Translations under genes and position numbers: made by a program | Notes under the pieces: model-generated | Databases searched by the model: none | What the model saw: only the letters and a program-made list of their open reading frames with translations | What the model was told of the DNA's origin: nothing | Source: Octopus vulgaris | Lineage: Eukaryota | Assembly (NCBI GenBank): GCA_951406725.2 | Contig: OX597832.1 | Coordinates: forward strand, 7,688,001 to 7,752,000 | Reading direction: 5' to 3' | Length of the DNA stretch: 64,000 nt | Part shown: piece after piece, positions 1-13,642 of the stretch | Numbering within the stretch: the first letter of the stretch is position 1 | Layout of the letters: each line of letters opens with the position of its first letter

Positions 1-1237
1 AATGTATATGCAGGTATGAGAGTAGCATTAAAAAGAAACAAATTTGCATTAGTCGTCGTATGTTCAGATATACATTTCAACCTTAATAATATGCCCGAAA
101 AATATAAGAGGTACGACAATATATGGACAGAGAGCAACAAATACAAAATTGAATATATTTATGCGAGGAATAAATGAAATGAAGATAGTATGTAGATGCA
201 TCCCATAAGACAAAGTGTCTTGAAAACACAAGTCGGGGAGATTTTGAATAAATAATTAAACAACTCAGGTCATGCATAAACCATTGGAAGAAGTGGATTT
301 CCAATGGATTACATTAAATATTATAGGTACAGTGAGCAGCAAAAGAAAAATGACCCTTGGATATCGGATAATCTAAAACTAGTGTCTCTTTATAGATGTA
401 ATAGATTTGTGAATATGAAGAATATACCTATACCAATAGTTCTGAAATCTAGCTTCGTTATTATCTTCATAAATTATATGCAGAAGCTGGTCAGTGTCTG
501 TATTAACAGGTAAAAGCACTTGTTTCGCATGAACTTGTCATTTCTGATACTGTCGCGAGAAAGAGCGAAGCCGAGGAGCGAGTATCTTAAACCTGAAGGT
601 TAAAGTTAATTAAGGATTCTCAGCTAGATATAGGAACAAGGACTGCATCAACAGCAAACACAATCCAAACAATCTTCACAGAAAAAATCGAAAGGAAAAC
701 ACTGAACAAAATCCACGAAGACAGAATTTAAAAACTGACTGTTACTGCGCCATCCTTTAATGAAACTGTGCATCGGTGAAACTTTAAAACAGTTGTGGTC
801 AGTATTTGAACACGAACTCTTTCAGCATAGAAATAAGACATATAATAGATACAATAGTCCTAAGCTGAAACGCCGGACCGAGGCTATCAACTCTTGACCT
901 GTATGATGCCGAAGCATAGATTATCATATGACGGCGTGAAAAATATGGATCTTGATGACCAAGAAACGTAAAACGACTCATCCTGAATTTCAGCTTTTCG
1001 ATAAAGCAGTAGTATATCAGATTAATAAACTGGTGAAAGAAGATAAATTATAACATCGTGTGGCCGTGTTAGGGAGTACTTTACAAAAAATAAGTATAGA
1101 ATGCTAGCTAAAGTTAAGTTTATTTGCTTTAGAAGAATAAAATATCTTTTCTCTTCGGACATTTGGGCATTTCGTCTAGCAGAATATTTTGGGATCCGAA
1201 AGAAACAAATTTTCTTTCTTTTAAATCCAACCATAAC

Positions 1238-1285
<48 letters not shown>

Positions 1286-2387
1286 TCCCCTCTCTCTCAA
1301 ACTGTCAGTCTGTCTCTTTTTCTATATAACCAGGTGATTACTTTACAGGCATTTAAAGAGATACAGAGATTGATAGAATGCATTGATAGAATTATATAAT
1401 AGTAAAGATTCATCTTCTCATATCATGTTAATAAAATATCATTTATTATATAATTTCTTGAGTTATAGCCCATTTGATCCAACTGCTAGAGAATTCTTTC
1501 TCCTTCTCTCTAATACCCGTCGGTTCTCGCCCAAACTAAGATCTCACATAAAACATCTTACTCTGAGACAGAAATCTCTTCTATCTGTAGATTATCTTTG
1601 CTGTCTGGGCTATATTCCACACTAAAACTTCCTTCAGAAAGATAGCAACTTTGCATTTAATAGATTCCACACTTTTCACCACTTATCCCTCTCCCCTCAA
1701 CATCAGCAATAAAGACTCATAGTCTCCACCCCCTCTTCTAAATAAATCTCGTTTAATTACTTAAAAAAAAAAACTATAAACACCTACAAATCGATATGTC
1801 TTCCACCACCAAGGATATCTTACTTTTCCTGAATCCAACGTCTTCAGTTGCTTCAACATTCACAACTCTTTTTGTTTCTCACATTCTTTCGTAAAATCAG
1901 TTATGTTTATTCCTTAAGTAGATTTTTGACCGATATTCTGGCGCTAGTTGACTGGTCAGAGCTCTGCTAGTTCGATATTACGATATTAACAACAGTGAGC
2001 AGCAACTGTGACTAACACCTAACTCATCAAAAACAGCTAAGTAAGTGACTAGGACCATCTTCTTAAACATGACTCTCATATCCAACGGGCAACGTAAAAT
2101 CGTAGCCTTAAACCAACCAAATGCTTCTCACAATGATACACAACTGCTGGTAAGGTAATACACACAGTTTACAGTGCTTTCTTCAGTAATAAAGTTCTAT
2201 TAAGATCCTTATTCAGACGCAAAATAAGTATCAGTATGTCATACAGCTCTCAAATCTTCTCGCTACACAATCTGTAGCCAATCCAATAAAGCCCTTATGA
2301 AATGGCTCCCTATCAATTTTAATAATTTTTCCTTATTTCCATAACGCGCTCATGATGGTTGTGTTAGCAGTTCTACAGAAAAAAACC

Positions 2388-2803
2388 CGCAGGAGTGGCT
2401 GCGTGGTAAGTAGCTTGCTTACCAACCACATGGTTCCGGGTTCAATCTCACTGCATGGCACCTTGGGCAAGTGTTTTCTGCTATAGCCTCGGGCCGACCA
2501 AATCCTTGTGAGTGGATATGGTAGACGGAAACTGAAAGAAGCCCATCGTATATATGTATGTATATATGTATGTATGTATATATGTTGTGTATCTGTGTTT
2601 GCCCTACCCAATCATCGCTTGACAACCGATGCTGGTGTGTTTATGTCCCCGTCACTTAGCGGTTCGGCAATATAGACCGATAAATTAAGTACTAGGCTTA
2701 CAAAGAATAAGTCCTGGAGTCGATTTGATTCGACTAAAGGCGGTGCTCCAGCATGGCCGCTGTCAAATAACTGAAACAAGTAAATGAGTAAAGAGTAAAG
2801 AGT
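2388..2803 (+). mobile_element. tRNA-derived SINE, family A (full length, internal TA/TG microsatellite)
   Basis: Head caggagtggctgcgtggtaag...ggttccgggttcaatctc has Pol III A/B-box-like motifs; 3' tail (agagta)n; about 10 related copies in this window. Confidence 0.85.
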
Positions 2804-3789
2804 ATTACATTTGCAGCTCGCTATGCAGCTTTTTCAACATTGCCCACCGTTGGAAAATCTTCTCCGTAACTATTTCCTGCATCTCCAAGCGGTTCTCCAC
2901 TAACCACTAGCTTATTTCTCCCTGGAGCGTCGATAACCTGGAAAACTCCTTTTATCCATTTTCCTGCAATCATTGACTTGTAACTATTCAAGAAAAACAT
3001 CACCTGGATCTCACCAGTCTAAGAAGGCTTGTGAAAACCGTGGCTTCGAACCTGCTCCAAGACCAATACAGTAAAACGATACACATTAATAAGAGCAATT
3101 TGCTATAATTCTGGAAGGAGCGATATCAGTGTGAATTTGAACACGTCGAAGGTAATTAAAAGTTGTCAAGCTTCCTCTGTCTAACACGTTGCTCTGTGTG
3201 CGCTGTCGCTCTGCTAGAAGTTCTTGATAAATGACAACATGCTGTAAATAAGACGGAAAAAGGTATAGTGGAAAAACAAACAAACAAATTTAATAAGTTT
3301 CATCATAGAATCATGCATTCTGCATCACATCCACAAAACAGTCACATTAGACGTATGGCAATTTATTTTGTTATATTTTAGAATAAAAAAGCGCATCTTA
3401 TACATTCGCATATACGATTGACAAGAGAATCTGCCAAAATTTTTATTTTGGAAACTGAGTGAACAAGGAATTCGTTCTTTAAGGTTTTGTTCATTATCTG
3501 CGAATCGCTGGCTTGTGAAATTATATTGAACGACGATATTTCATGTAAGTAAGATCCTAAGAGTACGAACCTGCAAGACTATTGAGAAAAGTACCCTTCC
3601 ATTTTCCTTCAGCAAGCAAAAGACGAAAGTTTTTCACACTCTTTTAAGATTTAGTCGTTATTTATAGCAGCTCAAATGAGCATATTTAGTTATTTTCTTT
3701 GATAGTCATTAAAAGAAAATATTCGTATTGCCGTCGTTGAAGTACAGGTCAACATTTGTTCAGTATACCAATGATAAAAAGTGGTTTAG

Positions 3790-4170
3790 CCGTGCCTTTT
3801 CCGTCATGTTTCCAGCCGAGGTCCTGTTAGGTTTATCTTTCAGAATCCCGTGTGTAAGATTACATCTTACAGTGCAACACAATATACCTGGAACTTAAGA
3901 TAGTAGGGTTTGATACGAAAAAGATTTAGTAGCTATTATCAACAGGTTGTGTGGTCACGTCCTGCTTAACTAAAGTATCATTATGATAAAAAGTACAGCC
4001 ATGTCTATTTTGTCTTATTTCCAGACGCTCCCATTCTGTTTCATTTTCCCAGAATCGCGAGTATAGAATCAGATATTCCTTTATTTTAAGATGATGAAGT
4101 TTGATACGAGGGAGATGTAGCGGCTATTAGCAGCAGATTGAGTGATCACATGTAGAACTCTTGCTTGGTA
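3790..4170 (+). repeat. two degenerate tandem copies of an interspersed repeat (third copy near 34310-34510)
   Basis: Shared block aagatagtagggtttgatacga...gctattatcaacagg / aagatgatgaagtttgatacga...gctattagcagcag / aagacggtagggtgcgatatga...gttatttctagc. Confidence 0.45.
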
Positions 4171-4779
4171 TACTAAATGTTATAACTATTGTATTCAAGT
4201 AAGAATGTATGATAATAATTGAAATAATACCTCCATAATTATAACGTTGTGTACGTTTTCAAAATTCAAAGGAAAAGAGAGGGAGAGAGAGAAAGATAGA
4301 AAGACAGGCGTAGAAAAGGAGGGAGAGATAGAGAGAAAGACAGATCCACCCAGATAATCAAGGGTACCCTATCGATGAGATAGCATTACTTTCAAACTCA
4401 GTGTTAAATGCTTTTAATGTTAAGTAATAGAATGTCAGTGAAGCATGTCCAATATTAGACAACAATTTCTCAACTGATGAATAATAATTTCATGAAATTC
4501 CATAAGGAGTGTGCCATTGTTATCCCTGTGAAGAATCCTGGCGCCATTGGATGTTCCCCAGTTTATATCTTGTAGCAGGGAAGAAACCGATACTACGACA
4601 GGTAGTCGTATTTAGATGTTGTGGTCGTTGCCGTCATCGTGTCATTGTCATCCTTATTATCTTCCTCGTCAATATTAACTTCATTATCGCCAGCAATCAT
4701 CAATCATCATGACTGACGTCTGCATATTCATCTCCAAGATCACCATGAGCGCATGTATTCATCGCCTACGCCGACCACA

Positions 4780-5670
4780 ACAACAGCACCACGAGTGACA
4801 CCATCACCAATTTGGGCCGCCGTCGCCAGCATCACCACCACCACCACCACCACCACTACTGCAGCCACCACGAAGACCACAACCATCATCACCACCACCA
4901 CCACCACCACCACCACTACCACCACCACCGCCGCCGCCACAACCGCCACCATCACCAGCACCAGCACCACCAGCACCACCAGCACCAGCACTACCACCAC
5001 CGCCGCCGCTTCCGCCGCCGTCACTGTACTATCTATTTCTTTACTACCCACAAAGGGGCTAAACACAGATAGAACAAACAAGGACAGACAAACAGATTAA
5101 GTCGATTATATCGACCCCAGTGCGTAACTGGTACTCATTTAATCGAGCCCGAAAGGATGAAAGGCAAAGTCGACCTCGGCGGAATTCGAACTCAGAACGT
5201 AACGGCAGACGAAATACCGCTAAACATTTCGCCCGGCGTGCTAACGATCTTGCTAGCTCACCGCCGTCACTGTACTATCTTCACTTCTATCAGCTTCACT
5301 AACTGTAACCCAAATGACCCTCACCTCATAAGCAGCAGTCTTCAGCACATTCCCAGCCACAACAACCACCTCCATCATCACTACATTCATCTTCACTTTC
5401 ACCATCCATTATCTTCAACACTCAACCACCACCACCACCACCACCACCACCACCACCACCACCACCACCACCACCACCACCACCACCACCACCACCGCCA
5501 CCACCACCACCACCAACACCGCCACCACCACCACCACTAACCACCACCGCCACCGCCACCGCCACCACCACCACCACTAACCACCACCACCACCACCACC
5601 ACCACCACCACCACCACCACCACCACCACCACCACCACCACCACCAACGCTACCACCAACGCTACCACCT
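4780..5670. repeat. (CAC/ACC)n trinucleotide region interrupted by a SINE
   Basis: Long pure CAC runs at about 5425-5645 and degenerate runs at 4830-5020. Confidence 0.95.
5035..5265 (-). mobile_element. SINE family B, full length, with 15-bp TSD
   Basis: Matches copies at 10500, 21890, 32724 and 45669; flanked by gtcactgtactatct at 5020-5034 and 5266-5280. Confidence 0.9.
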
Positions 5671-6029
5671 CGCCCCCAAAAGAAACTATGAGTGATTCAC
5701 TAACTCTAGAACGAAAGCAGGTGACGATCACGGCTGGAATGCTTGTAATGTGTTAAATGAGAACCGTCATGGGAACTAAACAACAAGACTATTGCTATTA
5801 CGTTATCCGTCTTCCTTATGATCATCGTCGCCATCGCCATAAACATCACTATCATCATTTTCATTATAACTGTCATCGTGATCGTTATTACTATAATTAG
5901 CACCAACGCCAGCTCCACACCAGCACCAGCAACACGATGACAAAGATGACCACCACCACCCCCCACCGCCACCGCCGCCATTATTATTATCAACTGTATA
6001 GTGACAATCAGCCCAGTAACCATTATTTT

Positions 6030-6545
6030 ACTTCTACTCCTCCTCAACCTCCTCCTCTTCCTCCTCCTCTTCCTCCTCCTCTTCCTCCTCCTCTTCCTCC
6101 TCCTCTTCCTCCTCCTCTTCCTCCTCCTCTTCCTCCTCCTCTTCCTCCTCCTCTTCCTCCTCCTCAATCTCCTCCCCCTTAACCTCCCTCCTCCTCTAAC
6201 TCCTCTTCCTCAGCCTCCTCTTCCTCCTCCCCTTCCACCTCCTCTTCTACCTCCACCTCCTCTTCTACCTCCACCTCCTCTTCTACCTCCACCTCCTCTT
6301 CTACCTCCACCTCCTCCTCCACCTCCTCCACCTCCTCTTCCTCCTCCTCTTCCTCCCTCCTCCTCCTCCTCCTCCTCCTCCACCTCCTCCTCCTCCTCCT
6401 CCTCCTCCTCCTCTTCCCCTCCTCCTCCTCCACCTCCTCCTCCTCCTCCTCCTCCTCCTCCTCCACCTCCTCCTCCTCATCTCCTCCTCCTCCTCCCCCC
6501 TCCTCCTCCCTATTCTCCTTATCACTCTCGTCCATTTCCCTCCTC
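6030..6545. repeat. polypyrimidine (CCT)n tract with 9-mer (CCTCCTCTT) and 18-mer higher-order units
   Basis: 9-mer array at about 6049-6165; cctcttctacctccacct x4 at about 6241-6312. Confidence 0.95.
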
Positions 6546-7292
6546 ACCATTATCATTGCAGTTCTCGTCATCGTCATCTCTTCCTAAAAAAAAAAGAAAG
6601 AAAAGAAATCAATAGTATAAAACGCAGTCTAAAAACGAGCAGGTGCCATCGAGAAATAGCAGACAAATCTCCCTCCACTCCAATGCTACCGATTCAATAC
6701 AGGAAAAGCTATATTGAATAACCAAGGCTAAATTGGAATTAAACAACAACAGCAGCAGCAGCAACAACAATAACAACAACAACAACAACGATAACGACGA
6801 CAATGTTAATAGTAACAACTCACGTGTACTAAACATGTTTTACGGATATAGTGACGAACAAATATATGTACACCCTCTCAGCTGAAGTGGTCACGATGTA
6901 TATATTTTTGATTATATAAAATTTCTTCTCATTCATTCCTGTAAAATATGCCGCTGTGTAATAATGTATTTCATGTACTGCGAAGGGACAAAACTCTAAT
7001 ATTTCTTCCTTCCTTCCTTCCTCGGTGTGTTTTATATGAAACTAGCTGTAACACCCGCCGTAATGATCGGGTAATTACATTTTAATCTTCTTGGGAATCA
7101 CAGTCAAAGTCTTATTACATATGTAGTTTTACTCTTCCTGTATCTATGTGTTTTATTAGAAATGCATGAAATAATTGAAGTAGAAAAAAAGATAAATTTC
7201 ATACACGAACTACTGCTTGATTGTTATATGACAATAATAAGTGAGTTGTATGTGTTATTTTATACATCAATACAGTAATGGCAATTATATAA

Positions 7293-7415
7293 TACACAAG
7301 GCTTTGGTCGGCACGGAGCTATAATGAAACAGAATTGCCCAACGTACCGCATAGCGGGACTGAACCCAAGGCAACATGGTTGGAAAGCAAGCTTCTCACC
7401 ACACGAGTACACCTA
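7293..7415 (-). mobile_element. SINE family A 5' fragment
   Basis: cacaaggctttggtcggc...gggactgaaccc...catggttggaaagcaagcttctcaccacac matches the family A head. Confidence 0.7.
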
Positions 7416-7549
7416 TAAAAGAGAGATGCATTTTGGATAATACACTCCTTGATACAATATGCTTAACAAAAAGGTGGGATGTTTACGGCAAGAAGACCTT
7501 TGATTTTAATATTTACTCAAGCAACGCAACAACTAACAGCGCTACACCA

Positions 7550-7808
7550 TACAGGGTGTTTCAGAATTAACCGTTTCAATGAAATGGAGCTAATTAAAAA
7601 AATCTGACAGAATTTTATGTTTATTACGAAAACAAATAAGATTTATAAATCTTACGTCAAACTTTTATTGAAATTTTTCAACCTGTCTGTATCCCTGCAT
7701 ACTTCAAATCTCTTCTTAGCGTTGTGAAACACATTTTAAAGCATTTCAGGAGTTAGCTCATGCACTGCTAACTGAATGTGTTCTTTAAGCTCAGCTAAAC
7801 GATTGCTT
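7550..7808 (-). mobile_element. Tc1/mariner-type transposon 3' end fragment
   Basis: End ta-cagggtgtttcag; minus strand reads LAELKEHIQLAVHELTPEML*NVFHNAKKRFEVC, resembling a mariner-like transposase C-terminus. Confidence 0.65.
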
Positions 7809-9334
7809 CATCTTGGGGGTGGAGGTAAAGACAATTATTGCTGCCAAATTGAAAACAAAGCTATCATAAACAAATAAGAGGGGTCCAACAGGAATGAAAA
7901 TAAAATTATAAACAAAATTTAAAATTTTTACACTTTTAACACATATTAAACATGATAAACATAAATATAACAGTGAGTTTTAAAACAATGCATCCGATTT
8001 CACTCAAATTATCATTAATTCTCGGACACCCTCTCATCCGACTAAACGGGGGTGGGAACGGGGACGGGGGGGGGGGACTAATTGCTGGTGGTGAGCGTAG
8101 CTTTCGGAAGTGGTCACGCCGTGAAATTCAAATGGTTGTGCGTCACAACAGCAGTTTGTTTTTTGTTGTGAACATTTTGCATTATATAGTTCAGACATGC
8201 GTGACATAGAAAGCAGACATGGTGCCGGACCATACTGCGCTGCGTAGGATTGGAAACGTGAAGCATCAACAGGGCACATCTGGAAAATGGATGAATGGGG
8301 TTTGTTGTGCCTTTACCCAGCCGCACACACACACACATGATCCTGTGGTGCGCGGGATGGTAACATGAAGCATCAACAGGGCGCCGACAAAAATTTTAAT
8401 GTTCTCATTTCCTCTGCCAAATTGGACAAAAAGGTTTTCATGAAATATTATACGTTAGTTATAATGCATAACTAGTGTCAATATTCTATCATCGGAAAAT
8501 GGCTTACAACAAAAATAAAACCCAGTGCAGTATACTCACATCTGATTAATCTGCATTTTTTGTGGGGAAGGGGATGTATAGCTGGCGTCGGAAAGTTTTT
8601 TAGTCAACAACAATTCGAGGAGACTGATTAATGTTTCTTGTAAATTTGGAGGAAAGCGACTGAATAGTCTTCAAGTTATGGGCCCTAACGCTGTAGAAAT
8701 GATTTAAAAATGCAGCTTATCTGATCCTGGGCCCGCATTAAGTAAGAAGTTGAAAACTTGTTTGGCCCATGATACTCTATGGACCCTATGCAATGCATGT
8801 CTAAAATTTCATTAAAATCGGTTCGGTGGATTTCGAGTTTTAACAACATGATAAATACAGACAGACACACATCCTGTGTTATATATATATATAGATTGAT
8901 AACAGTTTCGAACAGTGTAATATGAAAGCAAACATTTAATGGTAAAAATATTTGTTTTGTATTTCAAAATAGTTCGTTGCAATGTGTATTAGAATATGTA
9001 AAAATATGTATTTAATTTATCTTTTTTTTTTCATATACTAACTTCTTCTATTGTCATGTTTCAATAATTTTAACTAAATTATGTATATTTCCTGCCATTA
9101 TTGATGGCTCGGGTAAATAAGTTCATATATAATCGGCTGAAAATATAGAAAGAATCTTCTCATATTCTTTGTTATTTAAGGCTGCAAAAAAAAAAAACCA
9201 AAAAAAAAAAATAGACTTGGAGACGTGAAGAAAGTTAAAACTAAACAATGGCAAAATGTCAAAATATTTCAAATTGTTGTTCATCTTTCAAACTGTCCAC
9301 TTCTCTCTTGGTTCAATGCATATATTCAGAGATA

Positions 9335-9388
<54 letters not shown>

Positions 9389-9393
<5 letters not shown>

Positions 9394-9436
9394 GTACCTC
9401 GGTTTTCGAAGTCCTCTGATCACGAATAAATCGTGC

Positions 9437-9475
<39 letters not shown>

Positions 9476-9524
9476 AGCACGATTCATTCGTGATCAAAGG
9501 CGGTCGTAAACCGATGTACTGCTG
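9389..9524. mobile_element. pogo/Tigger-like MITE with a central (TA)n
   Basis: Imperfect inverted repeats of about 46 bp (agtagtacctcggttttcga...cacgaataaatcgtgc / gcacgattcattcgtg...tcgtaaaccgatgtactgctg), flanked by TA. Confidence 0.7.
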
Positions 9525-9879
9525 TATACATAAACACACACACACATATAAATATAACCACACACATATATACATACATACATATATATATATATTTATA
9601 TACATACATGCATATATGCGTGCGCACTTGAATATGTGTGTGTATATATGTATGTATGTATATATATATACATTTATACTTGATATATGACAAACATACT
9701 TACACGCGGTCATACTTGATATAAACACATTCACAGGCATGTACTCTTAAATACTTACAAATGTATATATATTTACATATATGTGTGTATGCATGTATAT
9801 ATACATATATGTTTGTGTGTATGTATATATCTATATATAACACTCACACACAAACATATGCACACACATACACATATAC

Positions 9880-9924
<45 letters not shown>

Positions 9925-9925
<1 letters not shown>

Positions 9926-10135
9926 CGGGAAGCTTTATGAAAATAAACAAAAGACGAAGGCAGGTGGAATACAAACAAGCAATTGTATTAGTATGGCGCT
10001 CAGGAATATAAATAAAACAAGTATTTTACGTTTCGAGCCTACGCTCTTCAACAGAAAGAAACACAGAAAGGAAACACGGAGAGAAACAAGGAGAGAAAAA
10101 AAAATGCGTGCAGAAGCTAGCGAATCAACATGGCG

Positions 10136-10138
<3 letters not shown>
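9925..10138 (-). mobile_element. Penelope-like LTR remnant in (TA)n with a minimal hammerhead-like motif
   Basis: Minus strand CTGTTGA-A-gagc-gtag-gctc-GAAA-cg-TA at 10054-10027; relatives at about 54447 and 58714. Confidence 0.6.
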
Positions 10139-10176
<38 letters not shown>

Positions 10177-10499
10177 CCACGTGTGTCTGTCTGTATGACT
10201 GAGCCTTTTTGTTTACGTCAATTTGTCCTTCACATTCTTTGCATGTAGCTATCGGTAAACACTTGGCTGTTACCAAAATACCGATTCCCTCTGTCATCTT
10301 TTTGCTTCTCATCGCTCATCACTAAAACACTTGACACTCCAAGTCTATTTCCACTCACTATTTTTCTTCTCTGCATTTACTCCAACCAGATTACCATTGT
10401 TTTCTACTCTCCTCCTCGCTGTTTTTGTCCCATCCTTTTCAATTCTGATATCTTTCTTCAATTACTTTTTTGTACTCATAATCTCTGCCATGGTAATAC

Positions 10500-10685
10500 C
10501 TATTTCTTTACTGCCCACAAGGGGCTAAACACAGAGGGGACAAACAAGGACAGACATAGGTATTAAGTCGATTACATCGACCCCAGTGTGTAACAAGCGT
10601 AATTTATCGACCTCGAAAGGATGAAAGGCAAATCGACCTCGGCGGAATTTGAACTCAGAACGTAACGGCAGACGAAATACCGCTA
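10500..10685 (-). mobile_element. SINE family B, 5'-truncated
   Basis: tatttctttactgcccacaagggg...gacgaaataccgcta, as in the other B copies. Confidence 0.85.
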
Positions 10686-11049
10686 ATGCCATCAACAGCC
10701 TTTTCTCCTTATTGCTTTTTTTATCTCATGGTTTGTTTAATTTCTCTTTCTTTTTTCTTTATCACTGTTACTTTAGTCTCTTTCGTTTCTTTTAATGCTA
10801 CTCTCTTTCTAATTACTGTTACCAGTTCTGACTTCCTGTCTACTACTTTTGTCTCTATCCCATTCTCTCTCGTCCATTCTCTCTCTTCCATATTTTAATT
10901 CAGAAGAATTAATTTAAGCGTGAAGCCAAATTTTGTGGGTATCTATTTTCGTTTCATTTGACATATGCTGCACGTAAATTAAAACAAAAACAAAATCTAA
11001 TATTAAAGGGAAATTGAAAAAAAAAGCGATTTGAAACGAAAAGAGGGAT

Positions 11050-13275
11050 CTACTGAATGTGCAGTCAAACTGATTGCATCCTATCAGTAGTGTAGTTTCA
11101 ATACTGCGCCAGGAACAAAACAATCTTCAGAATTGTTAAAACTCAGGTGGTTCGTAGTACTTATATTTTCTTAACAAGAATTCAAGCAACTTGGAAGACA
11201 TGAAATGCAGCAGTCGGTTTCCCAGACCGTATCAAGAAAAGGATACAAGAAAGGGCGATGAGATTTCTGAACATTGTTTAGACAGCAGATGGGATGATAT
11301 AGACAACAGATGGGATAATGCCCCTGTGCACTCTTTATTCAGATATATAATACAAACATCAGTGCTAAGTTCTGCAATTCAACAGAGTCCATCACACAAA
11401 AGAGTTGACGGTGTAATATTTGCATTGACGTATCAAAATAGATGCTGTTTAGTTATTACTTTGCTTTGTCATGATGCTTCTCTACATTTTCCCCTTTCTT
11501 ATTGCAAGACATCCCGGTATTTAACAACATGCTGTCCTTTGGAAAATGGTCAATTGGACTACTTCATTTCAGCAAACTTACACTCTGCAAGCTGAACACC
11601 CAAGTAACACAACACTTACACAATATTTTTACTGTAATCCAATGTCGTACTGTTATAAAGTCCACTTCGATATAGCAGTGTAGTTAGACAAGTAAGATAT
11701 GACTATCTATCGTCAACTACCCCGACCTCTCACGTCACAGTATTTGTAACGACCAACACATACCACTCCTCACGTGGAAGAGATGTTGCATTATTACTAT
11801 TATTATTCCCATAACATCTAACCTTTTAAGTTTTTCGTTTTTCTAAGGGAGTGTAATTTTATTTCTTTTTATTAGCAATAATGTTTACATCATCCCACTC
11901 CCTTTTTTCAAGTTTTTTTTTAGATAGCTACAAATTCACTACCATGAACTCTGTACATTTCCTTTTTCTTTCGCTTCTGCGTTTGGGTTCACTTATTTGC
12001 AGTGGCGTTGGTACTTCCATTTTGTTTTTCAGTTTATTCATGTATTTCTTGTATACCCCTTTTCTTCCTTTTATCAACTATAGTATTTTTCCTATGCGTT
12101 TGGTGATCACGCCATCTTTTCAACTTCGTTTTCCTTTCTTATATGTCCTAACAAATACCTTTTCCCCAAGTTTGAAATATCTTGCTGTATTATCCTTGGC
12201 AATTTTTCTTACCAGGTAGTAATTTGTCGAAGAATGATTTTATTTTCCTCACCAACATCAGCTCCACTGGTGACATACCTGCTGGTGTGTTTAGATTTGG
12301 TGTCACCCGGTATACTCTTAGGAGTTGTCGTAGAGCTACTTCATCCTCGTCGCCTCTGTTGTAATCCAACGTCGGACCGTTATGATGTTCACTGCGGTAT
12401 AGCAGTATAATTAGCTAGTCAAGTAAGCCACGACTATACATTACTGACTATCCCGACTTCCCACAACACATTATTACTCTTATTATCCTCATAACTTTTC
12501 AAAGCACTACCAGAATATTTTCATTGAAAAGAAAACAAACATTTTTGTATCATTAGGTTTTGTCCTATTATACATAAAACAATATTAGATGCTGATAAAG
12601 AAAAGAAAATACACCGGCTAAAGAACAACCTGGCATTAATTTGGATAGTTCCATGATAAGAGTGTATACTGTAAATGGCAATCAACATGAATAACTTTTT
12701 TCTACTGTAACTTCTCCATGATCTGCAAGGTCCAAGTTTATTTCAGGATCTTTGTAGAGTTTAATGGCAAAATATGTTAATAATGCCTTGAGTTTATTTT
12801 AGCTTTGCTGTTAAAATATTGTGAACTATACAATCCGCTCCTACTTTGACACAATGTGTCGATATAATATTGCCAAAGATTTCAGGTATCAAGCGGAACA
12901 GATTTAGTCGGGCAGAGAAATACAGTAAAACTTCAATGCAGCTTCAATGCATCAATGCTTCAAGCTACATTGAAAACGAGCTCAAAGAATATAAATGGTC
13001 AAGAACTTCAAACATATGACCTTCTGTAACTTAACCACATTGACTCCATAAAACTATCTACAGAAGTTGCGAAACATTCATTCAATGTTGTCACATTAAG
13101 ATCATATATCAATGTCAACACTCACTGTAGACAAGTTGGCAGTATCTCGTTTGTCAACGAGAAACTAGAATATGCTTCTCTGAGATTCGTGGTGAAAGAG
13201 AAAAAAAAAACATTTCCGATTAGCCGAATGCTTGCCAAAAACCGCCAACATGAAGTTGTAGTCATCACATTGATG
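11050..13275 (+). pseudogene. highly degenerate hAT (Charlie/GTF2IRD2-like) transposase remnant, split by a Gypsy insertion
   Basis: Scattered motifs KDTRKGDEISE (like KDTTKGEDIF), TTDG, QQHA (like HQQAL) and a C-terminal S-H-stop; many stops and frameshifts. Confidence 0.4.
11633..12496 (-). mobile_element. internally deleted Gypsy LTR retrotransposon (TRIM-like)
   Basis: Diverged direct repeats 11633-11816 and 12360-12496 (tgtaatcc...cataaca); PBS-like aggcgacgagg; internal LRQLLRVYRVTPNLNTPAGMSPVELMLVRKIKSFFDKLLPG resembles an integrase C-terminal region. Confidence 0.8.
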
Positions 13276-13399
13276 TTTTAGCTATTACTGTTGAACGTCT
13301 ACATCGATGCCGAACAGTATGTTCAGCTTTATAGGTCTTACATTTGAGCAGAAAAGTTATACCTTGCGGCAACATTGATATGATTAGGCTAAAGGATAA

Positions 13400-13642
13400 A
13401 GGTCCTGCTGAGTCGTACAGACTTATAGGACTGGTTTCCAGGTTTACATGGCGTACATATTTCCCCCGGGATGGGCGCCGGTCTGTTGCAGGATTACTCA
13501 TGTTTGTCAGCTGGGTGGACTGTAGCAACTTGAAATGAAGGGTTTTGATCAAAAACACAACGCGTTGCCGGGTCAGGGAATTGAAATCACAAACTTACGA
13601 TCACGAGTCTAACACCCTAACCACTAAGCCACACGCCCCCAC
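13400..13642 (-). mobile_element. tRNA-derived SINE (family D, 3' part related to family C)
   Basis: Minus-strand head gtgggggcgtgtggcttagtggttagggtgtt...gatttcaattccc; tail cctgcaacagaccggcgcccatccggggg...acgccatg...ggaaaccagtcctat parallels family C. Confidence 0.75.

Larger units (their letters stand above)
7042..8895 (-). mobile_element. non-autonomous Helitron (about 1.85 kb) with nested fragments
   Basis: Minus strand starts A|TCTATATATATATA...gtgtgtctgtctgt...ccaccgaaccgattttaatgaaattt and ends in hairpin acccg...cgggt followed by CTAG|T. That both ends belong to one element is inferred. Confidence 0.6.

Noticed and set aside
1-2330. Possible old LINE on the minus strand
   Set aside because: Only faint RT-like words (KILAPRL, LGLLYLLYV); too degenerate to call.
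4470-4505. CTGATGA...GAAA hammerhead-like spacing (a similar case near 1820-1850 on the minus strand)
   Set aside because: No convincing stems I-III.
4740-6615. Poly-T/H/V/P/E/R ORFs resembling mucin, extensin or acidic proteins
   Set aside because: Pure trinucleotide repeats open in several frames on both strands and interrupted by a SINE.
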